From the NCBI GenBank assembly GCA_964633955.1, contig CAZWIA010000002.1, positions 8,026-72,025 of the forward strand: a stretch of DNA of 64,000 nucleotides, read 5' to 3'. The stretch is from an uncultured Candidatus Peribacteria bacterium. GTDB taxonomy: Bacteria > Patescibacteriota > Gracilibacteria > Peribacterales > Peribacteraceae. Positions 33,745 through 41,623 of the stretch are shown here, one piece after another; position 1 is the first letter of the stretch; each line of letters starts with the position of its first letter. The notes under the pieces were generated by a model. That model had not been told where the DNA came from. It did no database searches and saw only the letters and a list, made by a program, of their open reading frames with translations. Both the position numbers and the translations under genes were made by a program.

Positions 33745-33772
33745 GCTGAGCTATGGCCCCAGAGATGAAACA
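33745..33772. repeat. 28-nt perfect direct repeat of the tRNA-Asp 5' end plus its upstream flank
   Basis: GCTGAGCTATGGCCCCAGAGATGAAACA occurs at 33664-33691 and again at 33745-33772, an 81-nt offset. Confidence 0.75.
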
Positions 33773-33904
33773 GAAGATGATGAATGGAACGGGCTGACCG
33801 GCGTCTCCCGGAGAGCCCGCGAACGGTACCAGCATTCCGGACGGCTGACAATCCTTGCCGTATCCGGCGCGGGCCGCCGGCTTGAGGTCTGGTTGCCGTC
33901 ATGC

Positions 33905-33922
33905 TACTGTACAAATACAGTA
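33905..33922. promoter_or_regulatory. palindromic operator-like site TACTGTA-CAAA-TACAGTA
   Basis: Perfect 7-bp arms, 14 nt upstream of the ATG at 33937. Half-sites resemble the CTGT/ACAG halves of the E. coli SOS box, but the spacing differs. Confidence 0.35.
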
Positions 33923-33936
33923 TTTATTCCATAGTT

Positions 33937-34389
33937 ATGTCTATCCACACTCCAGGCGAGTACGCGCAGATGCTCCAGCGGATCACAAATCTGCCATGTG
34001 AGGCCACGATCCTGGTGGTGGGCCCACGCGAGCACCTGCAGGGCTGGCTGCATGACGCGCAGATCCTCCACGCGCCACCCGTACGGAAGAGAGAGGAACT
34101 TGGTCCGCTGCTGCCGCCAGATTTGCACTCCGGAGAAGAGATGCTTCAGGCGCGCCTGGAAGTCACCACCGCTCTCCAGCAGCACCCCTGGCTCTGGAGC
34201 GATCTCCTGCAGCGCGAACCGGCTCTGGCCCAGGCACTTACCGATCTGCCTGCCGCCATGGACATCCACCCTCTGTCATCACCTCCGGAGCAGCAATCGA
34301 TCGCCAACGGCCGCATCGCGCACCTGGTCTTCAGGCTACGGCCGCTCCTGCTCACGGCCATCCGGCAGCATCTGCGGAGCTTGCCGTAA
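33937..34389 (+). CDS. hypothetical protein
   Basis: 150-aa ORF from MSIHTPGEY. No family recognised. Confidence 0.45.
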   Translation: MSIHTPGEYAQMLQRITNLPCEATILVVGPREHLQGWLHDAQILHAPPVRKREELGPLLPPDLHSGEEMLQARLEVTTALQQHPWLWSDLLQREPALAQALTDLPAAMDIHPLSSPPEQQSIANGRIAHLVFRLRPLLLTAIRQHLRSLP

Positions 34390-34444
34390 GAGGAAAGAGC
34401 GCAGCCGGCTGGCCACGCTCTTCTTTGGGACATCCGCAGAAGCA

Positions 34445-34846
34445 TTAGATGGCCACCGGCCAGCCGCCCCTCCGCAGTTCGCGATCACGATTGCCCTCAG
34501 CCTGCTCCACCCGCAGCAGCGCCTCTATCCGGTTCTTGGTGGCATTGTAGTAGCTCGCCACTAGTTCCTGGACATCTGGGGAGACAGCATCGTCGGACAG
34601 GAGATCATCCAGCCGCTTCTCCAAGTCCTGCAGGATCTCCCGCGCGCCGGGCTGACCCATGAGCCCGGGACCCTCCGGGCCGGCCGGACCCTCGCCATTC
34701 ACGCGCTCCAGAAGCTCCATGTACCCGTACGCCGCCTGGGAGCGGTCGCGCAGCTGGTCCAGCTGCTCCATCTTATCCCGAACAGCACGAATCTCCGGGG
34801 ATGAGGGATTCTCTTGGGGGCTAGAACGCTTGTGATGCATCGCCAT
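34445..34846 (-). CDS. hypothetical protein
   Basis: 133-aa ORF preceded by a strong promoter-like sequence. No family recognised. Confidence 0.55.
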   Translation of the reverse strand: MAMHHKRSSPQENPSSPEIRAVRDKMEQLDQLRDRSQAAYGYMELLERVNGEGPAGPEGPGLMGQPGAREILQDLEKRLDDLLSDDAVSPDVQELVASYYNATKNRIEALLRVEQAEGNRDRELRRGGWPVAI

Positions 34847-34874
34847 ACGGTTTAAGGGGGAATGATTAACTTAC

Positions 34875-34902
34875 ATTGTATAACTATATTATATTTTGTC
34901 AA
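34875..34902 (-). promoter_or_regulatory. sigma70-like promoter TTGACA-16-TACAAT
   Basis: On the minus strand the -35 is at 34902-34897 and the -10 at 34880-34875, in an AT-rich spacer upstream of 34846. Confidence 0.55.
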
Positions 34903-34957
34903 ATACCCTTTCCGTCCAGGGGCAGGGTTGAAGGGAATTACGCGTTTAGCCGTTGAA

Positions 34958-36406
34958 TTAGAGCCCTGGCCGCTGCACGCCCTCCGGCCAGCGGGCCTTC
35001 TCATAGGCGTCCGCGGCGCGGAGGAGGGCCTCCTCCCCCCACTGCGGCCCCATGAGCTGCAGGCCGATCGGGAGGCCGGAACCGGAGAGCCCGCAGGGAA
35101 CGGAGAGACACGGGATGCCGGCCATGGGCTGGGCCGTGAGGAACACGTCCTCCAGGTACATGGCCAGCGGATCCCCGGCGTGGGCGCCCACGCGGAACGC
35201 CGGCGTGGGGGAGACGGGGGAGAGGATCAGGTCCGCTTCCCGGAACGCCGCCTCAAATTCCGCCTTGATGATGGAGCGGACCCGCTGGGCCTGGCGGTAG
35301 TAGGCATCGTAGTAGCCGGCGGAGAGCGCGTAGGTGCCAATCATGATGCGGCGCTTCACCTCCGGTCCAAAGCCCTGGCTCCGCACGCGCTCGTAGTAGT
35401 CCAGCAGGCTCTCCGGCTGTGCCACGGTATGGCCAAAGCGGATGCCGTCATAGCGGGCCATGTTGGAGCTCACCTCGCACGGCGTGATGACGTAGTAGGT
35501 GGCCACGGCGTACTTGGTGTGCGGCAGCGTGACGGAGACCGTCTCCGCGCCCAAGGACTCAAGCAGCCTAGCCGCCTCCCGCACGGACGCCTCCACTTCC
35601 GGGTCCATCCCGTCTATGAAGTACTCCTTAGGTAGGCCGATCTTCAGTCCCTTCACGTTTCCCGTCAGCGCCGACCGGTAATCCGGCACCGCCACGTTCC
35701 CGGTTGTGGCATCCTGCGGATCTTGGCCCGCGATCGTCTGGAGGATGATGGCCAGGTCGTCCACCGTCTTGGCTAACGGGCCGATGGTATCCAGGGAACT
35801 GGCCATACTCATCACGCCGTACCGGCTGGTGCGGCCGTAGGTGGGCCGGATGCCCGCAATCCCGCAGAACCCCGCCGGCTGCCGGATGGATCCGCCCGTG
35901 TCCGTACCCAGCGCAAAGAGGCACTCATCCGCCGCCACGGCTGCCGCTGACCCGCCACTGGAGCCGCCCGCCACCCGCTCCGTGTCCCACGGGTTGCGGG
36001 TCACGCCGTACGCCGAGGTTTCCGTGGATGCGCCCATGGTGAACTCATCCGTGTTCACCTTGCCCAAGCTGATGGCACCGGCGGCCTCCAGCCGCAGCGT
36101 GGTAGTGGAGCTGAAGGGCGGGACGTAGGTCTTCTCGCGCAGGATGTTGGAGCTGGCCGTGGTGGGCACGCCCGCCTCGCAGAACACGTCCTTGGCCAGG
36201 TACGGGATGCCGGCCAGCGGATGGTCGAACGTCCTGATCGTCTCCGCCGCCTCAAGCGCGCGTTCGTAGTTCTTGTGGACGACCGCATTCAGCTTCCCGT
36301 CCACCTGCTCAATCCGATCGATGCATGCCTGCAGGAGCTCCCGCGGAGCAATCTCCTTCTTCTTGAGCTTCTCATGAGCCTGCGCGATAGTCAGTTGGTG
36401 GAGCAC
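34958..36406 (-). CDS. gatA: Glu-tRNA(Gln)/Asp-tRNA(Asn) amidotransferase subunit A
   Basis: Amidase signature GGSSGGSAAAVA. Colinear with GatA. GTG start. Confidence 0.95.
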   Translation of the reverse strand: MLHQLTIAQAHEKLKKKEIAPRELLQACIDRIEQVDGKLNAVVHKNYERALEAAETIRTFDHPLAGIPYLAKDVFCEAGVPTTASSNILREKTYVPPFSSTTTLRLEAAGAISLGKVNTDEFTMGASTETSAYGVTRNPWDTERVAGGSSGGSAAAVAADECLFALGTDTGGSIRQPAGFCGIAGIRPTYGRTSRYGVMSMASSLDTIGPLAKTVDDLAIILQTIAGQDPQDATTGNVAVPDYRSALTGNVKGLKIGLPKEYFIDGMDPEVEASVREAARLLESLGAETVSVTLPHTKYAVATYYVITPCEVSSNMARYDGIRFGHTVAQPESLLDYYERVRSQGFGPEVKRRIMIGTYALSAGYYDAYYRQAQRVRSIIKAEFEAAFREADLILSPVSPTPAFRVGAHAGDPLAMYLEDVFLTAQPMAGIPCLSVPCGLSGSGLPIGLQLMGPQWGEEALLRAADAYEKARWPEGVQRPGL

Positions 36407-36409
36407 GGA

Positions 36410-36456
36410 CGGAATTGAGAATGGATAATTGAAAATTGAGAATTATGGAAGTTGAG
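36410..36456. repeat. 47-nt C-free heptamer array in the gatC-gatA spacer
   Basis: AATTGAG AATGGAT AATTGAA AATTGAG AATTATG GAAGTTG AGA. There is no cytosine from 36410 to 36456. Confidence 0.75.
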
Positions 36457-36510
36457 ACGGTGCCGACTTCGGATGTCGCGTACACATTGTCCATCGTCCA
36501 TGATCAAGTA

Positions 36511-36810
36511 TCAATTTCCATGAGCGGAGGGCGTCTGGATCTGCCGTTCCACCACGGGCAGCGGACTTGTGGCCAGGAGCGCGTCCGTGTCCACCTGGGT
36601 GGACCGGAGTTCGTCCGGCCGGAGACTGTTGCTGAGCCCGGTGACCTGGATCGCCCCCGCCGCCTGGGACGTATCCACCTCCCCCAGCATCTCCACGTAC
36701 CCCAGGATCTTGGTCAGCTCCTCCGCGTAGCGGGAGAGCTCCTCCTCACTGAGGCGGAGACGCGCCAGCTTGGCGATATGCCGGACTTGGTCGGGGGAGA
36801 GGGGGGCCAT
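36511..36810 (-). CDS. gatC: Glu-tRNA(Gln) amidotransferase subunit C
   Basis: VRHIAKLARLRLSEEELSRYAEELTKILGYVEML..VDT. Confidence 0.9.
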   Translation of the reverse strand: MAPLSPDQVRHIAKLARLRLSEEELSRYAEELTKILGYVEMLGEVDTSQAAGAIQVTGLSNSLRPDELRSTQVDTDALLATSPLPVVERQIQTPSAHGN

Positions 36811-36842
36811 GGGACCAGGGGCAGGATAGGGTGATTTGCGCC

Positions 36843-36912
36843 AGAATCAAGAATCATGAGTGATGCATCATGAGAAGCCGCTATTCATAATTCCTGACTC
36901 ATAATTCATACT
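36843..36912. repeat. heptamer-array inverted repeat (AATCATGAG flavour) between gatC and rnpA
   Basis: AGAATCA AGAATCA TGAGTGA TGCATCA TGAGAAG pairs with CTATTCATAATTCCTGACTCATAATTCATACTT. Confidence 0.6.
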
Positions 36913-36922
36913 TCCCCCACTT

Positions 36923-37285
36923 ATGAAGCTCTCCCGCCTCCGGGGCCGGAAGATCGTGGCAAGCGTGCAGCGCAAAGGGCGTGTCTGGAAAGGACGGACC
37001 ATGGTCATCCGCTGGCTGCCGGGCCACCCGCCGCACCCGGCCGCAAACGCCGCTCGTCCGGCGGTGTACGCCGGGATGCTGACTTCCGCCAAGTTGAGCA
37101 AGAGGGCCGTGGAGCGCAACCGCATGCGCCGGCGGTGCCGGGAGGCGCTCAGGATCGCGCTCCGCGACCGGGACTCCGCCCCAACGCTGCAGTTGTTGCT
37201 CTCTCCCCGGTCGGCTAGCCTGAGGGCGCCGTACGCGGACATCCAGGCGGACGTTGCTGCCTTCCTCTCCACCCTCCATGCCTGA
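36923..37285 (+). CDS. rnpA: ribonuclease P protein component
   Basis: Basic 120-aa protein with the KLSKRAVERNRMRRRCREA (RNR) motif. Immediately precedes and overlaps yidC. Confidence 0.85.
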   Translation: MKLSRLRGRKIVASVQRKGRVWKGRTMVIRWLPGHPPHPAANAARPAVYAGMLTSAKLSKRAVERNRMRRRCREALRIALRDRDSAPTLQLLLSPRSASLRAPYADIQADVAAFLSTLHA

Positions 37286-38618
37286 CGTTCAGAAGAAGCG
37301 ATCCAGCCCCCTGCAGTTCCTGCTCCTCTTCCTGCTGCTCTACCTGGCCACGGACTACGCGCTGAAGGCTTTCTTCCCGCAGCGCTTTGCCACTAGAACC
37401 GACCAGCCGGCCGCCGTCACGCTCACCATGCGGGATGCGACCGTACGCCGGGGCAACGATCCGATCGCCGTAGTGCGTAACGGCACCAACCAGCCGTTCA
37501 CGCTGGAGGCCGCCTGTCCCATGCCGCCGTTCCGCGTCTCCCGCGTGGGAGCGGACGGCACGCTCACGCCCATCACCACTACGGAGACGGCCGTGCCGTG
37601 CCAACCGTCCGGAGAACCTCTTCCTCCGGGTGAGAGCCGGGAGGTCAGCCTAGCACCGTGGAAGTACAGCCTCTTTGGGGAGAACGGCACGTACGCGCTG
37701 CAGTTTCCTGTGAGCGGGAACACCATGACGGGAGCCAGTGTGGCCGCGCGCGTCATGCCGGGAACGGGCAGCCAGGCGATAGATCCGTACGCCGTCCGTC
37801 CGGCGGACCTGCTGCGCACGCAGTTTGAAGTGTACGAACCTGGCGCAACGGCCAAGCTCTTCCGCACGTTCATCACCAAGCCCTTTCTGAACTTCCTGGT
37901 CTTTGCCGCGTCCTGGCTGCCGGACCGGAACCTGGGGGCGGCCATCATCCTCCTCACGCTACTGGTGAAGCTGCTCCTGTTCCTTCCCACCCAGCACGCG
38001 CTGGAGGGCCAGAAGAAGATGCAGCAGATCCAGCCCAAGATGGAGGAGCTCAAGAAGCGCTACAAGGGCGACGCGCGCAAGATCCAAGAGGAGACCATGA
38101 AGCTGTGGAAGGAGGCGGGCGTGAACCCGTGGCAATCCTGCCTGCCCACGCTGGTGCAGTTTCCGGTGCTGATCGGCCTCTTCTATGTTGTGCGGGACAG
38201 CTCCCATCTGGCGCTCTCCAGACACCTCCTCTACCCCGCGTACCAGAATCTGGAGTGGAGCTTTGGAACCAACTTCCTGGGCCTTGATCTCCTGGCACCC
38301 AATGTCTGGGTCATGCCCGCCCTGCTCCTGGTGCTCCAGTTCCTGCAGATGAAGCTGACCTTTGCCATTGCCGCGCGGCGCAAGCGCGCGCAGGTCATTG
38401 ATGTCCCCTCCGCCAAGGAGCTGGAACGGGAAGTGAAGAACGCCGCCACGGATCCGGAGGCGGCGCAGAAGCTGCAGCAGAACATCATGCTCTACGGCCT
38501 GCCGGTCATGATCGCGGTCATGGCGGTGCAGTTTCCGGCGGCCGTGTCCCTCTACTGGGCCACGCAGTCCGTGTTCGGCATTGGCCAGCAGGTGCTGGTG
38601 AACCGGCGGACGGCCTGA
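37278..38618 (+). CDS. yidC: membrane protein insertase YidC
   Basis: The ATG overlaps the rnpA stop. The conserved core is LLTLLVKLLLFLPTQHALEGQKKMQQIQPKMEELKKRYKGD...MKLWKEAGVNP. Confidence 0.9.
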   Translation: MPDVQKKRSSPLQFLLLFLLLYLATDYALKAFFPQRFATRTDQPAAVTLTMRDATVRRGNDPIAVVRNGTNQPFTLEAACPMPPFRVSRVGADGTLTPITTTETAVPCQPSGEPLPPGESREVSLAPWKYSLFGENGTYALQFPVSGNTMTGASVAARVMPGTGSQAIDPYAVRPADLLRTQFEVYEPGATAKLFRTFITKPFLNFLVFAASWLPDRNLGAAIILLTLLVKLLLFLPTQHALEGQKKMQQIQPKMEELKKRYKGDARKIQEETMKLWKEAGVNPWQSCLPTLVQFPVLIGLFYVVRDSSHLALSRHLLYPAYQNLEWSFGTNFLGLDLLAPNVWVMPALLLVLQFLQMKLTFAIAARRKRAQVIDVPSAKELEREVKNAATDPEAAQKLQQNIMLYGLPVMIAVMAVQFPAAVSLYWATQSVFGIGQQVLVNRRTA

Positions 38619-38671
38619 GAGAAAGGGATAAGGGGAGAGTATGAGGAGGAAAGGGAGCCAGACCCGGAAAA

Positions 38672-38697
38672 GCCGCGCCTCACAGAGGAGGCGCGGC
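38672..38697 (-). terminator. rho-independent terminator downstream of the STAS gene
   Basis: The minus strand reads GCCGCGCCTC-CTCTGT-GAGGCGCGGC followed by TTTTCC. Confidence 0.65.
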
Positions 38698-38707
38698 GGA
38701 GCGGAGC

Positions 38708-39094
38708 TCACTGGCCGGGGGGCGGGAGGGAGAGCGGCTGCTCCGGTTGGAAGTAGTTCCGCGCCTCTTCCAGCGTGGCCACGATCTCGGCGCAGGGCAG
38801 GCGATCCCGGAACTTGGTGAGGAACGCGGGCCGCACGCAGATCACCATCAGACCCTGACGCTGGCGCGTCCGCTGCGCGCGCCGGGCGATCACCCCGAGC
38901 ACATCATCGCTGACGCGCTCAAGCGCACTGCAGTCCAGGATGATCTTCAGCTCCCGGTGCGTCCTTCCGGTCAGGTACCAGCCAAAGCTCTCCCTATGCT
39001 CCGGTTGCAGCTCGGCTGGAATCACCTGCGCCTCCACGTGTCCGTTCACTTGCTGGAACGCAAAGAGATCATCTTTTTCCATGAGCTCGGCCAT
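38708..39094 (-). CDS. STAS-domain protein (anti-sigma-factor-antagonist-like)
   Basis: LKIILDCSALERVSDDVLGVIARRAQRTRQRQGLMVICVRPAFLTKF resembles the SpoIIAA-type STAS core. The assignment is by eye only. Confidence 0.55.
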   Translation of the reverse strand: MAELMEKDDLFAFQQVNGHVEAQVIPAELQPEHRESFGWYLTGRTHRELKIILDCSALERVSDDVLGVIARRAQRTRQRQGLMVICVRPAFLTKFRDRLPCAEIVATLEEARNYFQPEQPLSLPPPGQ

Positions 39095-39192
39095 AGGTCA
39101 CTCCCCAATGTGTGAAAAACCGCGCCGCACAGGCGGCACCTGGGATACTCTCTGCCGCAACGGGCAAGCGGTCAAGCAATCAATGAAAGAAT

Positions 39193-39220
39193 GCCGCCGC
39201 TCCGGAGAGCGACGGCGGGC
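39193..39220 (-). terminator. stem-loop downstream of the second STAS-like gene
   Basis: GCCGCCGCTC-CGGA-GAGCGACGGCGGGC. A T-rich run follows on the minus strand. Confidence 0.5.
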
Positions 39221-39222
39221 CG

Positions 39223-39516
39223 CTAGCAGCCCGTCATGACCAGGGCAGCTTCCTTGTTCGCGGCCACCGTAGTTTTGACCGCCATCTCATCCAAGAGGCA
39301 CTGCGCACCCGGCGGCAGCCCGTAGAGGATGAGCCGCTGCCCGCGCTTCCGCAGCCGGCAGCACAGTTTGGCAAGCGCCAGGAAGGATGAAAGCTTCCAA
39401 TCCTCAGCGCCTTCCACGTTGAGCACGACCACCTTGGTGTCCCACCGGATCCGATCCGGCAAGATCGTCAGTTCCTCCGTAGGATTGCCATACAGTCGCG
39501 TAACAAACGCGGCCAC
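39223..39516 (-). CDS. STAS-like hypothetical protein
   Basis: VVVLNVEGAEDWKLSSFLALAKLCCRLRKRGQRLILYGLPPGAQCLLDEM shows the STAS-like pattern. The match is weaker than for its neighbour. Confidence 0.45.
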   Translation of the reverse strand: MAAFVTRLYGNPTEELTILPDRIRWDTKVVVLNVEGAEDWKLSSFLALAKLCCRLRKRGQRLILYGLPPGAQCLLDEMAVKTTVAANKEAALVMTGC

Positions 39517-39669
39517 GCGTTCACTCCTTCCCTATTAACCACGGTGTGAATGACGCCCCCACGCAGGGGCATCGAACTGCGCACATGATACCATATACTC
39601 TATACTGTCAATACCGCGCGGCACGGTCTACTTCCCAGGGATCCGCCGCCGCGTCTATCCTCCCGGCAT

Positions 39670-40983
39670 ATGATCGATCTCCAAGATCTCCGCGCCCGGC
39701 CGGATACGTACCAGGACGCCGCCAACAACAAGGGGGTGAAGGTGAGCATCAAGGACATCCTGCAACTTGATGAGAAGCGGCGGGAGCTGCTCCCCAAGGT
39801 GGAGGAGATGCGCGCTAGGAAGAACAAGGTGAGCAAGATGGTGCCAAGCTTGAAGGACATGGAGCGGGAAGTGGCCATCAAGGACATGAAAGCGTTGGAC
39901 GGTGAACTGAAGATCCTGGAAGCCGAACTGGGCAAGGTGGAGGCGGAGTGGCAGGCCAACCTGCTCCGGATTCCCAACCTCCCGCTGCCGGAAGTGCCCG
40001 TGGGTCACAGTGAAGAGGAGAACAAGGTGATCCGCACCGTGGGCACGCCCAGGCAGTTCGATTTCCCGGTGAAAGACCACGTGGCCATTGGGAAGGAGCT
40101 GGACATCATTGATGTGGAGCAGGCGGCCGTGGTGAGCGGCAGCCGGTTTGCGTACTTGAAAGGCGACGCCGTGCGGCTGCAGATGGCGCTCATCCAGTTT
40201 ACGTTCGATACCCTGGGGAATGAGGCGATCTTGAAAGAGGTAGCCAAGCGAGCCAAGTTGCGCGTCTCCACCAGGCCCTTTGTGCCGGTGCTGCCGCCGG
40301 TCATCATGCGGCGGGACGTGATGGAGCGTATGGACCGCCTGGAGCCGGAAGACCAGCGCTACCTGCTGCCGGAGGACGAGCAGGTGCTGGTGGGTTCCGC
40401 AGAGCATACGCTGGGGCCGTACTATATGGAGAAGACGCTGGATGTGGCGGAACTGCCTATCCGTTTCATCGGGTACTCCACCGCCTTCCGGCGGGAAGCC
40501 GGCACTTACGGCAAGGACATGGGCGGCATCCTGCGCGTGCACCAGTTTGATAAGCTAGAGATGGAGAGCTTCACCACGGCCGAGGCCGGCGCGGACGAGC
40601 AGCGGTTCATCGTGGCGCTGCAGGAGCACATGGTTGAGCAACTGGCGATCCCGTACCGCGTCCTGCAGAAGTGCACGTGGGACATCGGCAAGCCCAACGC
40701 CAACGGCCTGGATATCGAGTGCTGGATCCCGGCGCAGAACACGTACCGTGAGACGCACACGAGTGACTACATGACGGACTACCAGGCCAGGCGCCTCAGC
40801 ACGCACTACAGGACGGCCAGCGAGGAGCGCAAGCTCGTGCACATGAACGACGCCACGGCCTTCGCCATCGGCCGAACCATCATCGCCATCCTGGAGAACC
40901 ACCAGAGCGCCGACGGCAGCGTGACGATCCCGGAAGTCCTGCGACCGTACATGGGGGGGCAGGAGAGGATTGCGAAGCGGTGA
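39670..40983 (+). CDS. serS: serine--tRNA ligase
   Basis: N-terminal coiled-coil arm and class II core (FRREAGTYGKDMGGILRVHQFDKLE, TAFAIGRTIIAILENHQ). Confidence 0.95.
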   Translation: MIDLQDLRARPDTYQDAANNKGVKVSIKDILQLDEKRRELLPKVEEMRARKNKVSKMVPSLKDMEREVAIKDMKALDGELKILEAELGKVEAEWQANLLRIPNLPLPEVPVGHSEEENKVIRTVGTPRQFDFPVKDHVAIGKELDIIDVEQAAVVSGSRFAYLKGDAVRLQMALIQFTFDTLGNEAILKEVAKRAKLRVSTRPFVPVLPPVIMRRDVMERMDRLEPEDQRYLLPEDEQVLVGSAEHTLGPYYMEKTLDVAELPIRFIGYSTAFRREAGTYGKDMGGILRVHQFDKLEMESFTTAEAGADEQRFIVALQEHMVEQLAIPYRVLQKCTWDIGKPNANGLDIECWIPAQNTYRETHTSDYMTDYQARRLSTHYRTASEERKLVHMNDATAFAIGRTIIAILENHQSADGSVTIPEVLRPYMGGQERIAKR

Positions 40984-41038
40984 AAAGGGCAGAAAGGGTG
41001 AAAGGGGTGAAAACGATACAGGGGTGACAAGGGTGGGA
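40982..41038. repeat. left (C-poor) arm flanking four-helix-bundle gene 1
   Basis: GAAAAGGGCA GAAAGGGT GAAAGGGGT GAAAACGATACAGGGGT GACAAGGGT GGG. It starts at the serS stop codon. Confidence 0.65.
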
Positions 41039-41165
41039 CGCGTGAGGTGTTCAATGAGGGGACGGAACGTCACTTTATGCATGTAGAAGCGACAAACATC
41101 ATATCGCCGGAAGGATTGCGATCCTCGTACCTTCCGCTCTGTGGCTGGGCCTTTACGATGGAACT

Positions 41166-41519
41166 ATGCAGCGGCCGCATCAGAAACTCATCGTCTGGCA
41201 GGAGGCGTACTCGCTCTGCCTGCTGATTTACAAGACAACAAAGAAATTTCCACCGGAGGAACGGTATGCGCTCTGCGATCAGCTACGCAGAGCGGCTTCC
41301 AGCGTGCCGACCAACATTACAGAAGGGAATTATCGAACGACGCAAAAGGACCGGCGGCACTTCTTTGTCATTGCACACTCTTCTCTAGAAGCACTTCACT
41401 GCGAGATTCTACTCGCAAACGATTTGGGCTACATCAGCACGGAGGAGTTCGCATGTATCGATAGCCATATCGGACGTGTCGGCTTCCTCCTGAATCGGCT
41501 AATGAAAACAATCAAATAA
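41166..41519 (+). CDS. four-helix-bundle protein (23S rRNA intervening-sequence protein / Avd-like family)
   Basis: LIVWQEAYSLCLLIYKTTKKFPPEERYALCDQLRRAASSVPTNITEG is the family signature. Lower GC by eye. Confidence 0.85.
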   Translation: MQRPHQKLIVWQEAYSLCLLIYKTTKKFPPEERYALCDQLRRAASSVPTNITEGNYRTTQKDRRHFFVIAHSSLEALHCEILLANDLGYISTEEFACIDSHIGRVGFLLNRLMKTIK

Positions 41520-41530
41520 AGCTCTACCAT

Positions 41531-41605
41531 ATCCTTGTCACCCTTTTAACCCTTTTAACCCTTTTCGCCCTTTCCGTCCTTTCCACCCTTTTCTTTTCGC
41601 CCTCG
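41531..41605. repeat. right (G-poor) arm flanking four-helix-bundle gene 1
   Basis: ATCCTTGTCACC CTTTTAACC CTTTTAACC CTTTTCGCC CTTTCCGTC CTTTCCACC CTTTTC is an imperfect reverse complement of 40982-41038. Confidence 0.65.
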
Positions 41606-41623
41606 TTCCCCCGACCGCCCCTC

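Noticed and set aside
33664-33772. The direct repeat at tRNA-Asp as attL/attR of an integrated genomic island
   Set aside because: The repeat covers the tRNA 5' end rather than the 3' end. The copies are only 81 nt apart, and no integrase is nearby.
41166-41519. Avd-like four-helix-bundle genes as part of a diversity-generating retroelement
   Set aside because: No reverse transcriptase ORF and no template/variable repeat pair could be seen within several kb of either copy. The homology is at superfamily level only.
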